DNA of 64,000 nucleotides, taken from Amphiscolops sp. MND2022. Taxonomy: Eukaryota. The notes beneath the pieces are model-generated. The model saw only the letters and a list, made by a program, of their open reading frames with translations. It made no database searches and had not been told where the DNA came from. The stretch lies in assembly GCA_964187785.1 (NCBI GenBank), contig OZ076411.1:52452001-52516000 (forward strand), in the 5' to 3' direction. This document shows, piece after piece, positions 48,391 through 61,952 of this stretch (within the stretch, counting starts at the first letter, position 1; each line of letters opens with the position of its first letter). The position numbers and the translations under genes were made by a program.

Positions 48391-48540
48391 AGTGCACAGG
48401 CAAGCTTTTCGCTGATTTTCGTGGAATCCGGGACACGAAAATTGAGAAAAGTCGTGGAATCCAGGACAAAATTTCTCTTTGATGTTAAGCGTTTCTTGGA
48501 TTCCACGACAGTGCTTGTCCTGGATTCCACGCCAACACTG
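48390..48540. repeat. Small inverted-repeat cassette at the BEL truncation point
   Basis: CGTGGAATCC(A/G)GGACA occurs twice forward (48420, 48453) and twice reversed (~48497, 48516). Confidence 0.6.
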
Positions 48541-48725
48541 CTGCTATAATGACACTTTTGCCGCTGCTCTCTGATTGGTCCGCTGATTTTGAATAATCTT
48601 TTTAAATTAATTCAATTTTATATCAAAGGAAATTGTTTTGATTGACACAAACAATCCAAGAAGTACGAATAAAGATACTCGTGACTGGTACCAAAAATGA
48701 AGCAAGTCATCAAATAATGGCAGAT

Positions 48726-49050
48726 TGTGATGATCTGGCAGTTTGTTCAAAACTGGTACTAAACTTGAAAATACGAATATTTGTGTAATATAATACGCAA
48801 TTTTGCAATTTTACTCAACAAGTATTGCTCCAACATGGCGCTGCGACACATTTTAAACGAATTAGAAAATTAGAATCATAAGCGACGCTGCAACAGCAAT
48901 ATAACCAAGAATGGAAACCAGTGTCATTTGCGTCAAGATTTTTTAAACGGATTTTGAAGCGAAAAACTCAATTAACGAATTAGAATTATTTGCTGGTATG
49001 ATACTCATGAGTGGTTTCTTTTTGGGCCAAGTGAAATAAAAGGAAACACA
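48726..49050 (+). mobile_element. Short-LTR Gypsy remnant: candidate LTR, PBS and RNase H fragment
   Basis: TGTGATG...CTCCAACA (48726-48835) followed by TGGCGCTGCGA, then ASRF..TDFEAKNSINELELF. No matching second LTR or TSD confirmed. Confidence 0.45.
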
Positions 49051-49774
49051 GTGAAGGCGGAAAAATCTTGGAACGATTGGCTTACGGTAAATACCATTAT
49101 TTGAATTAATGCTATTTCAGAAGAAACAACGCCGTTGGAAATGACGAAATTGATGAAATTGTCGCGTGCGCTGTACTCGGTACATGTACTTAGAGTGGAA
49201 AGTAAACAGAGTGAGCGACAACAGTCAAAGACGGCGAGAAAGCAAAAAGGTGATCAACCATTCAAATCACTAGAGATGGGATCGACGTCGTGATGAATGT
49301 CGATGATGGTGGAAAAGCGGGCGTAGAACAAAACGAATGAGAGCCCAAGAGAGCTTGAAACTGAAAAACATTAAAAAATCCTGAACACTTTGAGAAGTCA
49401 TGTAACTTGAAATGAGTACCTGTGATACCGATAACATTTGAAACATAAGTGAACTTAAATTGATGAGAAATTAGTTTCCCAACAAGTTTTGTCCAAAAAA
49501 TGGAGAGTGTGATAGATTGACACTGAAAGTTAATCTTAGTGTTAGACAAAACGAATATGTGTGAAAACTTTAATTACTAGCACCTGCCAACATTTTTAGA
49601 CATCGATAAAGTTCAGATATTCAGTTGCTGTTGCCTTACACTTTCCTGTATAGTTTCTAAGTTCTGCTATCTTCCAACAAGTATTGCTCCATCAGTAGTA
49701 CGTCAAAACACGAAACGATTAAAAACAATTTTACATGGCATTATTTTAAAAATGTGGCATTTATTTATAACTGT

Positions 49775-50230
49775 CTTGTCATCAAAATATGGCATATGTT
49801 TATCAACTGCCAGTTTTTTATTAGCATTCAACGAATGAGCTTGTTTTTGAATGGTCCTAAAACAATTGTGGAAAGTAAGACCATATCTTTATACATGTGT
49901 CGTGGAAACCATATACATATCTTAAACTGTAAGAAAACAACTACCAAAGGGGGTAGGTAGTACGTCAATATTCAAATCTGACTTTTGTCCTGGTTTCCAC
50001 CAAAATAGCATTCACTGTTCGATGGCCACGAAAGCGACTGTGGAAAGTAAGACCATATCTTTATACATGTGTCGTGGAAACCATATACATATCTTAAACT
50101 GTAAGAAAACAACTACCAAAGGGGGTAGTACGTCAATATTTAAAATCTAATATACCCTATTATTGTCATGGAAATATTGCTCAATTGAATGCCGTTTTTG
50201 AACATTCTGACAATCAGTTAAATTCGGCCT
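49775..50230 (+). repeat. Solo arm of the foldback-like repeat family
   Basis: Two subunits ending AACTACCAAAGGGGGTAGTACGTCAATATT, same orientation as 56665-57057. Confidence 0.75.
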
Positions 50231-51122
50231 GTCATTAAAATATGGTAAATTTTGATAAAATAATTCGTTTCGATTGGTTAGAGTTTTCAGAGGCAGGCTG
50301 TGAGAGGGCACCTCGAACCGAACTCCAAATCAAAAAGAGCAGTTAATTTAAAATGTCAATTTGCTAGTTGTTAATAAATACAAACTGTATCAAAAGAATA
50401 ATCTCGAAGACCATTAACCACATGGTCTAATCTAGAATACAGTATTGCTTGCACTACATTGTTTTCATCTGAACATTGCCAGCTACAACATGGCACTGCG
50501 AGATATTATGGACTCCAACGGAAGGGCAGCAACCACACGGTCCGTCAGCATTGGCGGGATTGCCACCATACTGGGATCAGCACAGTGCCCCCCCTAAACT
50601 AGAATGGGAAAAATGGTGGGACATCTTTGTAGTGGCAAAGTAAAGTTGAAAATAAAGTTGAATTGTCGCCAGACTTAAAGCGCATTCAGCAAAAGTTTCC
50701 CAACATTTTTTCACGTAAAGGAAAAATTGCCGGCCACAGTATAAAGATCGAATTTAAAGTAGGAGCGAAGATCACTCATCAGAAAGGTAGACGAGTACCA
50801 CTCCAACTTCAAAAAGCAGTGGATGCTGAAAGTATCCAGACTGAATAATTGGGATACAAAGTATCAGCAGCTGGAATCCGACCAATAATTTTAGAAATTT
50901 TGTATACGGCACCGAATTCGAGGTAGTTTCAGATCATAAGGCGTTGACAACTATCCTACGCGATAATCGAGCTAATAGAACTTATTCGTCAAGATTAACG
51001 CGGTGGGTAGACCGCTTACTACCGTTTCAATTCACTGTAGTTCATGCACCAGGTCGAACAACGGGTATCGCAGATTACTTATCACGCCACCCATCCGAAA
51101 ACGCAAGTAACATACACAAAAT

Positions 51123-51437
51123 GGTGAATTCCCAAATAGCATAAGAGCTAATAACATAAAAACAAAATTAGTTTCAAATAACATAAAAATGAAATGGGTT
51201 TCACTAAACATAAAAACAAATATGTTTACGAGAAAGTTTTAGTGGTCAAAAGCATTCACAAATCAAAAGATTCACTGAAAAAAGTGTGGAAATTACAGAT
51301 AAAATTTTCTGAGTTCGATTGTTTAACCGGGTATTCGGTTTTATTTTTATGTTATTTGAAACTAATTTCATTTTTATGTTATTTGACACTAATTTTGTTT
51401 TTATGTTATTTGCACTTATGCTATTTGGTACGTAATC
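51123..51437. mobile_element. ~315-bp MITE inserted in the Gypsy RH-IN linker
   Basis: Long subterminal inverted arrays of AAATAACATAAAAA. 8-bp direct flanks CACAAAAT (51115-51122, 51438-51445). Removing it restores the frame ...NIHKIKAEERWNNWFTVNEI. Confidence 0.8.
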
Positions 51438-51634
51438 CACAAAATTAAAGCAGAAGAAAGGTGGAATAATTGGTTTACTGTAAACGAAATAACCAAAAAT
51501 AAATTTGTTACAGATACGTCACAAACACAAAACGCGAGAGAACAGCCAGTAGCACCGCACGCAGCGAACGACAGCCAATGGCAAGGCAGCAACAATTCAT
51601 CAAGTGAGAGCGAAACGACAAAAGCAAGCGACAA

Positions 51635-53095
51635 TTGCCAAACGAACAAACACGAATTGCCATAAATAAACAAACACTCAACGAAATTGCCACAATCATT
51701 AACACGTCAAAAGTCAGCGAAGCCGAACAATCGAGCGAAATGATGAGCGAGGAATTCCGCCACGCAGCAAACCAACCGCCACTAAAAGTACCTATGTGCT
51801 ATAGTGTCAATCAGATCGAAGTCTTAAAAACGTTGGGCAATTTTACATTCGCCGCAGAATACGAGACCGATGAATTCATTCAAAAAATCGTGGCTCTCCT
51901 CAAGAAGCCCGATAGCACCAAAATAAATCGCCTTCCCACCCCTTGGAGGGAAAAGTTTCGCTGTTTGAGCCTCGATCCAAACGATTTTATATACATGGAC
52001 GAGCGTTTAGTTATTCCCAAAGCGTTACGCCAAATTATCATTCGTTCTTTACATTACGGACATCCCGGCAGGGACACGATGTTAGCGACCGTTTCAAACG
52101 TGTGGTGGCCACGACTACACCGGGAGGTCGTCAATCTAGCAAAATCATGTCCACAATGCCAAAATGCAGGTAAGAACATTAAACCATTACTAACGCAAAA
52201 ACAATTCGGAAAACTACCAAAGGTAAGTGAGATAAATCAAGAAATCGCAATAGATTTTGCCGGTCCTTTTAAAAACGCACCCGCAGCAAAACAATATCTG
52301 TTAGTTTCAGTGGATCACTTGTCGGGGTGGCCAGAGGCTAAATTTTTAAGAAAGCCTACGACAGAAAAAGTTATTGAGTTCCTTAAGAAGTACATAGCGA
52401 GACATGGCATTCCAAAAAGCATTAGGACCGACCCGGCGACTATTTTTTGCAGTAAACGATTCAAAACATTTTGCGCAAACCGCTTCATTAAGCAAAAAGC
52501 ATTCATTCCAAAAAGCATTAGGACCGACCCGGCGACTATTTTTTGCAGTAAACGATTCAAAACATTTTGCGCAAACCGCTTCATTATAAAGGAAAGACTA
52601 CGCACGAACAAACAAATCATACTGGAAAGGGACCATTCAGGTCTATCCGAAATCCTATTTGCTCTGCGCATGTATTCAACGAGAAATGGCAAGTCGCCGT
52701 ACAAAAAATACGTCGGAATAGATCCGAACACTGTCAAAAAACTGGTAACAAGTCGTGAATCTCCTATTTCAGAATCATCAGAAGTCAAACTGTCGCCATC
52801 TGATTTCGAGTCTGGGCAAGACTCTACCATTTTCGTCAGGGAGCGGGTCCGAGGGACCAAACTAGAAAGCGCGTACAAGAAGCGAAAAGGAACACTTCTC
52901 GACCAATCACAACATACCATCACGTTCTTGCCAGCAGGAAAATCCCAAGAAACAATTATATCTAAAAGAGATATCGCTAAGGCAGACAGACAATGGGGGC
53001 CAGGTAACGAACAGCCATGCAGCTCACGAGAAGCAGACAGGCAGCTAAATCAACTACGAGAACAACTAGCACAACAAGTAATAACACAATTTTAG
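51635..53095 (+). pseudogene. Gypsy integrase remnant with an in-frame 96-bp duplication
   Basis: LHYGHPG...CPQC, IAIDFAGP, IRTDPAT. 52408-52490 is repeated at 52504, and the catalytic-E region is missing. Confidence 0.85.
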
Positions 53096-54799
53096 TGAAC
53101 TTTTATTGAAATTTGAGTTTTTTTCGAAAATTGAGTAACTTAGAATAAATATTTTTGGATTTTTTTTCATTGGGAGACATTCTATAATCTCCCGAACCTG
53201 CTGAATTGTTTTGATCGACAATTTTTTTCCGAATCAGAAAAACTACACTATATTTTGTGTCTATGAGCACTGAAGTACATGTATTACAATAGGCTATAAG
53301 AATTGCATTTAGAAAATTGATGGTTTTCATTTGAAATCGAAAAAGTTTTTCAATCAAATCATATCAGCAACCTCAGGAGCATTGGGGGCAAATCATTGAC
53401 TGAAAGTTTTTCAAAAATCTTTTTTCAACTTTGTGAAAATCAAGAAAAAGTGCAAATTCGATCAAACTTTGTCAAAATTTGCAATTTCTAAATTTTGTAT
53501 TTTTTGTCACAAAAATTTCAAAGAAACATTTTTGTAAACTAGATAAAATTTTAAGAGACTTTCCTAGCTGACACTTTTTTGTGTTTGTGACAGTTTTCAA
53601 GAAATTTGGATTTGAAATTCGCAATTTTAAGCATTGGAGTTACAATATTTTAGAACGCTACTGTAGACGCGGCAAACACTGGCGAACTGGCAAGTCAAGA
53701 AGAATTTGCAAACACCGGCAAACATGCAAGTCAAGAAGAATTGGCAAACACCGGCGAACAGGCAACTCTAGACGAACTAACCAATCACAGCGAGTCTTCA
53801 CGCTCATTGGACAATACCGCGGCTCAAGCGGAGAAGAGTGGAGACGAAATGGCAATAAAACACGCTGAAGATAACAGACCCCTAACCACCACAAAAGTGG
53901 AGATAAAGAAAAAGAAGTCAGCTTTAAAACAGCTGAGGGAAAAAGCCAGGCGAAAACAAAGGAAACCGAAAAGCAAACCACTCCCAAAGATCCCAGAAAA
54001 CGAGAGCCCCCCAGTAATCGATTTAATTGAATCTGATGAAGAAGAAGAGGAGATGAGACAAGAAGAACAAGATCACATCAAACAAGAGAATACAGGAGAA
54101 AACAACCTGAACGATACAAAAAACGAAATAGACCGATCAAACATGCCACCATGGCGAGACACAGTACAGGAACGTAGACGAGGAGGACGAAACCGCCAGA
54201 AAACAGACTTCTTTGGCCATAACGTCATGGTGACCAAAATCGACGGGCCCCAAGGCGATGAACAAAAAGAATAAACCAGAAATCTTTAGCACAAGGGCTA
54301 ACGAAATCAAGAAACTGGAAAAACAAAAAAAACTGAGAAAGCAGAAACGTATATTATTACCGGTATTCTCAAATACCTATTTGTGTTTAATTGTCAAGTA
54401 TTACATGGCAAATTACATTTGAGTTTGTACAGTATTTATATTATTTATTACAAGTTGTACACTAACATTAAACGGAGGGATGTGAGAGGGCAGTTAATTT
54501 AAAATGTCAATTTGCAAGTTGTTAATAAATACAAACTGTATCAAAAGAATAATCTCGAAGACCATTAACCACATGGTCTAATCTAGAATACAGTATTGCT
54601 TGCACTACATTGTTTTCATCTGAACATTGCCAGCTATAACACAGGCTTTTTGTCGGACGAAAGATATCATGGACATATTCCGTCCCTCTGACTTCTCATA
54701 GCAACGAAAAGTATTTCAAAGGTGAAATTAATCATGAATAAATTTGGTCCCAATGTTATTTGCACTTAAATGAAAATACTGATTCTTCCAAGTGATCGT

Positions 54800-55112
54800 T
54801 AAATAGGGCTAAGCTAATCAGAATGCAAGAAAGCGAGAAAAGATTGAATACGAAAGTATTAACCGTTCACGAGCCTGTGCACAATTTGAGTCAAAGTGAA
54901 CAAGTTGCCAAATTACCAGAAAGCAAATTAATGGCGTGTCGAAACGATTTGGCAAATTCTAGAATTAGCCGGTTCTATGTCCAGGCCAATTACGAAGCGG
55001 ATAAAACTATCCAAAAGGTAATAAAGCTTGTTAAAGAGCGAAACGCGACTGTAGTTTCCCGTCTTCCCCCTCCCTGGAGGGAAAAATTTAACGCATTCAG
55101 CATCGACATTCA
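54800..55112 (+). pseudogene. Gypsy integrase N-terminal linker fragment, cut by the foldback-like element
   Basis: YVQANYEADKTIQKVIKLVKERN...RLPPPWREKFN, paralogous to 51635-52000 and 59500-59700. Confidence 0.75.
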
Positions 55113-57057
55113 GGTAGTTGTTTTCTTACAGTTTAAGATATGTATGCGGTTTCCACGACACATGTATAAAGATATGGTCCTACTTTCCACAGTCGCTTTC
55201 GTGGCCATCGAACAGTGAATGCTATTTTGGTGGAAACCAGGACAATATGCTCAAAATGGTGGAAACCAGGACATTATGCTCAAAATGGTGGAAACCAGGA
55301 CAATACAGTCAGATTTAAATATTGACGTACTACCCCCTTTGGTAGTTGTTTTCTTACAGTTTAAGATTAGTATGCGGTTTCCACGACACATGCATAACGA
55401 TATGGTGCTACTTTCCACAGTCGTTTTAGTACCATTCAAGAACTAGCTCATTCGTGAAATGCTTTCGAAAAATGGCAGTTGATAAAAATCTGCCATATTT
55501 TGACAAAAATACAATTATGAACAAATGCCATTTTACATCAAATTGCCTTGCCAACTTGTTTTCAATGTTTTGTTTCAATTAGACTAGGACTTCGTTAGCC
55601 AAATTTATTGGCTCTAGCTTTACTTTTTTGTCCACGAATATTTGTGCAATATATAATTCATCTTCCTCTCTCTGCGCGTTTCTCGGTCTACGTTAACTCA
55701 AAAAATTGAGAGCTTTGTACCGAAAATGACTGTATATGAATAAAATTAATTGATCATCTAAGTACAAAAATATATATGAAAAGAACAAATCAACAAGTTT
55801 CTTCTGTTGAAGCAGTAGTGAAAGAGTGGCTCGAGAGGGCTTATAATTTCTTCTTTGGATTTCTGCTGTACTGGATTTGATTTCAGGGGTACTGGTTGTG
55901 TTTAGAGCTGAGCCCTAAAAGGCTTGACGTGAAGATTATTGTTCGGTCTCCAGATGTCATCGAAAATGATCTCTTCATCGTACGTGTTTTTTTTGGGTAA
56001 CTTCGTACTTTGTTTTCCCGTTGGGGTAGAACACTTGGCAGTAGTAGCAAAACCCAACTTTGCGTGGGGCATGCGACTTTCCAGGTAATTTGTTAACTCC
56101 GTTTTCGCCATTTTGTGAGATGACTTTATCCATTGAAGCAAGAAGCGAAAATGAGTACAGATGTATGAATTGTGGAGAGAGACTGGGTGCAGAAGAGGGT
56201 TTGCGGAGAGACCGAGTACAGATGACCTGGTAAGAGAGGCTGATTGATGGCAGAACGAGAGACTGAATGATGACAAAAAAGAATAGAGACTGGATCGTTT
56301 GAGTTTGTTTGGCAAGAATGAAAGAAATGTAATTGAAAGCCAAACTTTTTGGTTAACCCTTATTGGTTGAAATACTGCTTTGATGTCAGAATAAAGTTAG
56401 ATTAAAGTGTTTGGTTCTAATTATTTAATTGTAAATGGCTTTTACCATGCCGTCTTTTTCAAAGGTAATTGTATTTCGTCATTAATTGCGCAAAATGCCC
56501 CCTCCCCAAGCGACCGCAGGGGAAAATAAGACACAAGGTTTAATTCTGACTGTATTGTAGTACGTCAAAATTTAAAATCTATTATGCCGTCCTATGGTCA
56601 AGGAAAAATTTCTCAATGTTTGAATGGCGTTTTCGAATAACATGGCGTTTAATATTATCTAGCTTGTCATCAAAATCTGGCAGATTTTGATAAACTGCCA
56701 TTTTCGTAGTATCACATTCAACGAATGAGCTAAAACGACTGTGGAAAGTAAGACCCTAACTTTATACATGTGTCGTGGAAACCGCATACTAATCTTAAAC
56801 TGTAAGAAAACAACTACCAAAGGGGGTAGTACGTCAATATTTAAATCTGACTGTATTGTCCTGGTTTCCACCATTTTGAGCATATTGTCTTGGATTCCAC
56901 CAAAATAGCAATCACTGTTCGATGGCCACGAAAGCGACTGTGGAAAGTAGGACCATATCATTATACATGTGTCGTGGAAACCATATACATATCTTAAACT
57001 GTACGAAAACAACTACCAAAGGGGGTAGTACGTCAAAAATTAAATCTGACTGTATTG
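55113..57057. mobile_element. Foldback-like element: ~400-bp modular inverted arms around a ~1.15-kb core
   Basis: 55113-55508 is the reverse complement of about 56664-57057. Each arm has two ~190-bp subunits plus short GGTGGAAACCAGGACAAT repeats. The core is nearly identical to 60780-61950. Confidence 0.75.
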
Positions 57058-57586
57058 ACGGTTGACCATTCAACAATGACAATGATGGTTGAAATTTCAA
57101 ACAAAACCATTGTTTTTTTGCAAAAAATCAAGAAACATTTGTTTCTACCAAATTGAACCATGTCGAAATGTTTTGGAGATATGAGACTGCGAAATTAGCC
57201 TTTTTGAGACCCGATGGAGGCCACGTTCTTGCCGTGGGTCTTGTCAAGTGTCAACCAATCTCTGTGAACTTTGTTCATAGGTGAATGTCGTGTCCGACAT
57301 TTTCCCATGTTATTTTCAACATGCGTCAAATTTTCAAGTCACCTGACAGCGTAGTTCTTATATGAAATAAAAACAGTCGTAATGAATACTGAAAAAAGAC
57401 TCAATTTAGATTTACATCAAAACCATTCATTGCAAAATGATTTGATTGGTTACCAGTGGACCAATAAAGTAATACACAATCTACATAAGGATAACTTCAA
57501 CTAAAATTGCACATGTATGTAGAATAACACTGTAGTTTACATGTACGTTAACAATGTGTTTGTTTCAGGTTTTTAGGTTTCTTCGT

Positions 57587-59829
57587 CTATTTTTCTTCGG
57601 CAACATCATCTCGATCAATTGTCTTCATGAAATTGTGGCCCAACCAGTCGGGCTTCTTGGTTTTGCGTGCAGATTTACGGGTTGTCGGGTTCTTGTGGCT
57701 GATCTCCCATTCCACCTTCGCCTTTAGTGGGGATGTCTTTGTTTCGTCATGCGCAGACTCAAGTATAGCGGTGTTCTCTCGATGTGCATGTTCCGCTTGC
57801 TTTTCGGCTTTTCCGCTTTGCTCGTTGTTATCCAACCACCAACTGCATCCGGGTGCTCCCATTTCTTCGCTACTTGACGGATCTGGTACAATCGTTGCCC
57901 TCTTTTGACCTGGCACTTTTGCTTGTTTTGGCTTTTTGTCCGATTGTGGCGATTTGGGCTTCTTGGTCTTGCGTGCAGATTTTTGGGTTGTCGGGTTCTT
58001 GTGGCTGATCTCCCATTCCACATTCGCCTTTAGTGGGGATGTCTTTGTTTCTTCATGCGCAGACTCAAGTATAGCGGTGTTCTCTCGATGTGCATGTTCC
58101 GCTTGCTTTTCGGCTTTTCCGCTTTGCTCGTTGTTATCCAACCACCAACTGCATCCGGGTGCTCCCATTTCTTCGCTACTTGACGGATCTGGTACAATCG
58201 TTGCCCTCTTTTGACCTGGCACTTTTGCTTGTTTTGGCTTTTTGTCCGATTGTGGCGATTTGGGCTTCTTGGTCTTGCGTGCAGATTTTTGGGTTGTCGG
58301 GTTCTTGTGGCTGATCTCCCATTCCACATTCGCCTTTAGTGGGGATGTCTTTGTTTCTTCATGCGCAGACTCAAGTATAGCGGTGTTCTCTCGATGTGCA
58401 TGTTCCGCTTGCTTTTCGGCTTTTCCGCTTTGCTCGTTGTTATCCAGCCACCAACTGCATCCGGGTGCTCCCATTTCTTCGCTACTTGACGAATCTGGTA
58501 CAATTGTTGCCCTCTTTTGACTTGGCACTTTTGCTTGTTTTGGCTCTTTGTCCGATTGTGGCGATTTGGTCAGTTTGGATCTCTGTAGGGCCACATCCCT
58601 CTTCGAATAGATCACTGTCGTTCCCTTCTTGGGCAAAATTGAGATGGAAGGGCTCGCCTCGCCAATAATTTTCCCTTTCTTCTTTTTGTAGGCGCCTTCT
58701 AAGTTTGACCCGCGCACTCGCTCTCTGACCAGAATGGTCGAATCCACTTCTTCGCTGAAGTCCGCTGGGCTCAATTCAATTTTCGGGTCGGCTTCTGAAA
58801 TGAATTTTTCAACATAACTCTCTTTATTGTATTAGGTTTTCTGTTCAATTGCCGTTCAAAGGCCGATTTCCCATCTGCGCCTTATTGGTTCCTTAGTGCA
58901 AATAAAATCCTGGACAGTCCTAAATTATCCCTTGTTAAAACTGTATCTTTGTCTATTCTCAACCAGTTATGGTTCATTTATATTTCTAATCATCCTTTCG
59001 ACTTTTCCGTTCACGCGGTGGTCTCGGGCACACTACTTGTTCAATGCAAAACTCCTTACAAAATTGGTTACATTTCTGACTTTTGAGCACAGTGCCAGGA
59101 TCGATTCGAATTCTACGCGGTTTCTGTTTTTTGAAATATACTCATTCAGAAATTCGACTACCCTGTGTGCCGTTGTATCCGGTAGGAACATGGAATCTGG
59201 ACATCCAGTATTATTATCGACGGAGACTACGGGTAGTATGTTGTTCTTTTTGTTTTTAGCCCTGCGAACTCTAGTGAGATTTTTGCATTAGGTACTTCCG
59301 GATTTGTCAATTTCCAAAACCCATTTTGAGATTGTAAACATTTTAAATTTTTACCTGATTGGCTACATTGCTGGCAATTTTTCGCTTTTTCGACAATTTC
59401 GCGGTGGATACGCGGCCACCAAACATCGGCTGCTTCACGAAGCATAGCGTCCCTGCCTGCGTGTCCGAAATGTATGGCACTGAGCATGTTATCTCTCATG
59501 TCTTTTGGAATGACCAATCTTTCCTCCATGTATAATAACCCATTATTGTCTAAACTGAGCGAATTGAACTTTTCTCGCCATGGAGGGGGTAGTCTTGAAA
59601 TTTGTGTTGCATTGCGTTCCTTCAGTAGTCCGATAATTTTTTGTAAGGTTCTGTCCTTGTCGTAATTAGCTCTGACGTATACTTTGCTAATTCGTGAAGA
59701 ACTCAAATCTCGGTCACTTTCATTGAAGTTATCCATTTCTATCGGATTGGCGTAAGAATTCAATTTGCCGTTTTGGTCAAACTTTGAACGCTGATTAATA
59801 TTGTCAAAATGTTTACACTCTCGTGACAT
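57587..59829 (-). pseudogene. Gypsy integrase remnant with an expanded C-terminal tail
   Basis: AIHFGHAGRDAML...CQQC (59227-59829), a degenerate core, and a tail ORF 57587-58774 ending KKPDWLGHNFM. Confidence 0.85.
57650..58567 (-). repeat. 3 x 306-bp in-frame tandem repeat (102 aa unit)
   Basis: Unit KSPQSDK...SARKTKKP repeated three times with few substitutions. ORF-track echoes at 306-bp offsets. Confidence 0.95.
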
Positions 59830-59963
59830 ACGTGTACATGTACTTTACGCTTTGTGCTGTGTAGCTGTCACACGTTTTGATTAGTCCGTTCCGTTTCGTC
59901 AATAACGTTTGTTCTTTCCCTTTTGTGAATTCTTCTGCGTCTATGGTGAACCAACATTTAAAC

Positions 59964-60277
59964 GGTGAATTCCCAAATAACATAAGAGCAAATAACATGA
60001 AAACAAAATACCTTTCAAATAACATAAAAATGAAATGGTTTACTAAACATAAAAATAAAATTGTTCAGGAGAAAGTTTCAGCTGTCAAAAGCATTCGCAA
60101 TTCAAAAGATTCACTGAAAAAAGTGTGGAAATTACAGATAAAATTTTCTGATTTCGAATATTTAACCGGGTATTCGGTTTTATTTTTATGTTATCTGAAA
60201 CTAATTTCAGTTTTATGTTATTTGACACTAATTTTGTTTTTATGTTATTTGCACTTGTTATTTGGTACGTAATCAGC
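59964..60277. mobile_element. Second copy of the ~315-bp MITE
   Basis: Matches 51123-51437. Flanks ATTTAAAC/CTTTAAAC match 7/8. Confidence 0.78.
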
Positions 60278-60299
60278 CTTTAAACATCTCCCCTGACTT

Positions 60300-61952
60300 T
60301 AAAGATGCATTCAAAATTAGGCAAAATTTCCATGACACTAATACGGTATATCAAAATTTACATATTGACGTACTACCCCCTTTGGTAGTTGTTTTCGTAC
60401 AGTTTAAGATATGTATATGGTTTCCACGACACATGTATAATGATATGGTCCTACTTTCCACAGTCGCGTTCGTAGCCATCGAACAGTGAATGCTATTTTG
60501 GTGGAAACCAGGACAATATGCTTAAAATGGTGGAAACCAGGACAATATGCTCAAAATGGTGGAAACCAGGACAATACAGTCAGATTTAAATATTGACGTA
60601 CTACCCCCTTTGGTAGTTGTTTTCTTACAGTTTAAGATTAGTATGCGGTTTCCACGACACATGTATAACGATATGGTGCTACTTTCCACAGTCGTTTTAG
60701 TACCATTCAAGAACTAGCTCATTCGTGAAATGCTTTCGAAAAATGGCAGTTGATAAAAATCTGCCATATTTTGACAAAAAGACAATTATGAACAAATGCC
60801 ATTTTACATCAAATTGCCTTGCCAACTTGTTTTCAATGTTTTGTTTTAATTAGACTAGGACTTCGTTAGCCAAATTTACTGGCTCTAGCTTTACTTTTTT
60901 GTCCACGAATATTTGTGCATTATATAATTCATCTTCCTCTCTCTGCGCGTTTCTCGGTCTACGTTAACTCAAAAAATTGAGAGCTTTGTACCGAAAATGA
61001 CTGTATATGAATAAAATTAATTGATCATCTAAGTACAAAAATATATATGAAAAGAACAAATCAACAAGTTTCTTCTGTTGAAGCAGTAGTGAAAGAGTGG
61101 CTCGAGAGGGCTTATAATTTCTTCTTTGGATTTCTGCTGTACTGGATTTGATTTCAGGGGTACTGGTTGTGTTTAGAGCTGAGCCCTAAAAGGCTTGACG
61201 TGAAGATTATTGTTCGGTCTCCAGATGTCATCGAAAATGATATCTTCATCGTACGTGTTTTTTTGGGTAATTTCGTACTTTGTTTTCCCGTTGGGGTAGA
61301 ACACTTGGCAGTAGTAGCAAAACCCAACTTTGCGTGGGGCATGCGACTTTCCAGGTAATTTGTTAACTCCGTTTTCGCCATTTTGTGAGATGACTTTATC
61401 CATTGAAGCAAGAAGCGAAAATGAGTACAGATGTATGAATTGTGGAGAGAGACTGGGTGCAGAAGAGGGTTGGCGGAGAGACCGAGTACAGATGACCTGG
61501 TAAGAGAGGCTGATTGATGGCAGAACGAGAGACTGAATGATGACAAAAAAGAATAGAGACTGGATCGTTTGAGTTTGTTTGGCAAGAATGAAAGAAATGT
61601 AATTGAAAGCCAAACTTTTTGGTTAACCCTTATTGGTTGAAATACTGCTTTGATGTCAGAATAAAGTTAGATTAAAGTGTTTGGTTCTAATTATTTAATT
61701 GTAAATGGCTTTTACCATGCCGTCTTTTTCAAAGGTAATTGTATTTCGTCATTAATTGCGCAAAATGCCCCCTCCCCAAGCGACCGCAGGGGAAAATAAG
61801 ACACAAGGTTTAATTCTGACTGTATTGTAGTACGTCAAAATTTAAAATCTATTATGCCGTCCTATGGTCAAGGAAAACTTTCTCAATGTTTGAATGGCGT
61901 TTTCGAATAACATGGCGTTTAATATTATCTAGCTTGTCATCAAAATCTGGCA
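60300..61952. mobile_element. Second foldback-like element, right arm truncated
   Basis: Left arm ~60300-60780 plus the same core as 55510-56660. Homology breaks after CTTGTCATCAAAATCTGGCAG (~61952). Confidence 0.72.

Larger units (their letters stand above)
50299..54641 (+). mobile_element. Internally deleted Gypsy element with short LTRs and intact TSD
   Basis: 5' LTR 50299-50490 (192 bp) and 3' LTR 54481-54641 (161 bp; 31-bp indel plus 2 substitutions seen). TSD CAGGC at 50294-50298 and 54642-54646. PBS TGGCACTGCGAG at 50491, PPT ACGGAGGGA. No gag; only pre-RT, RNase H end and integrase pieces. Confidence 0.93.

Noticed and set aside
49558-49694. 3' LTR partner for the 48726 remnant
   Set aside because: Only ~20 nt (CAACAAGTATTGCTCCA) match the candidate LTR end, and there is no TSD.
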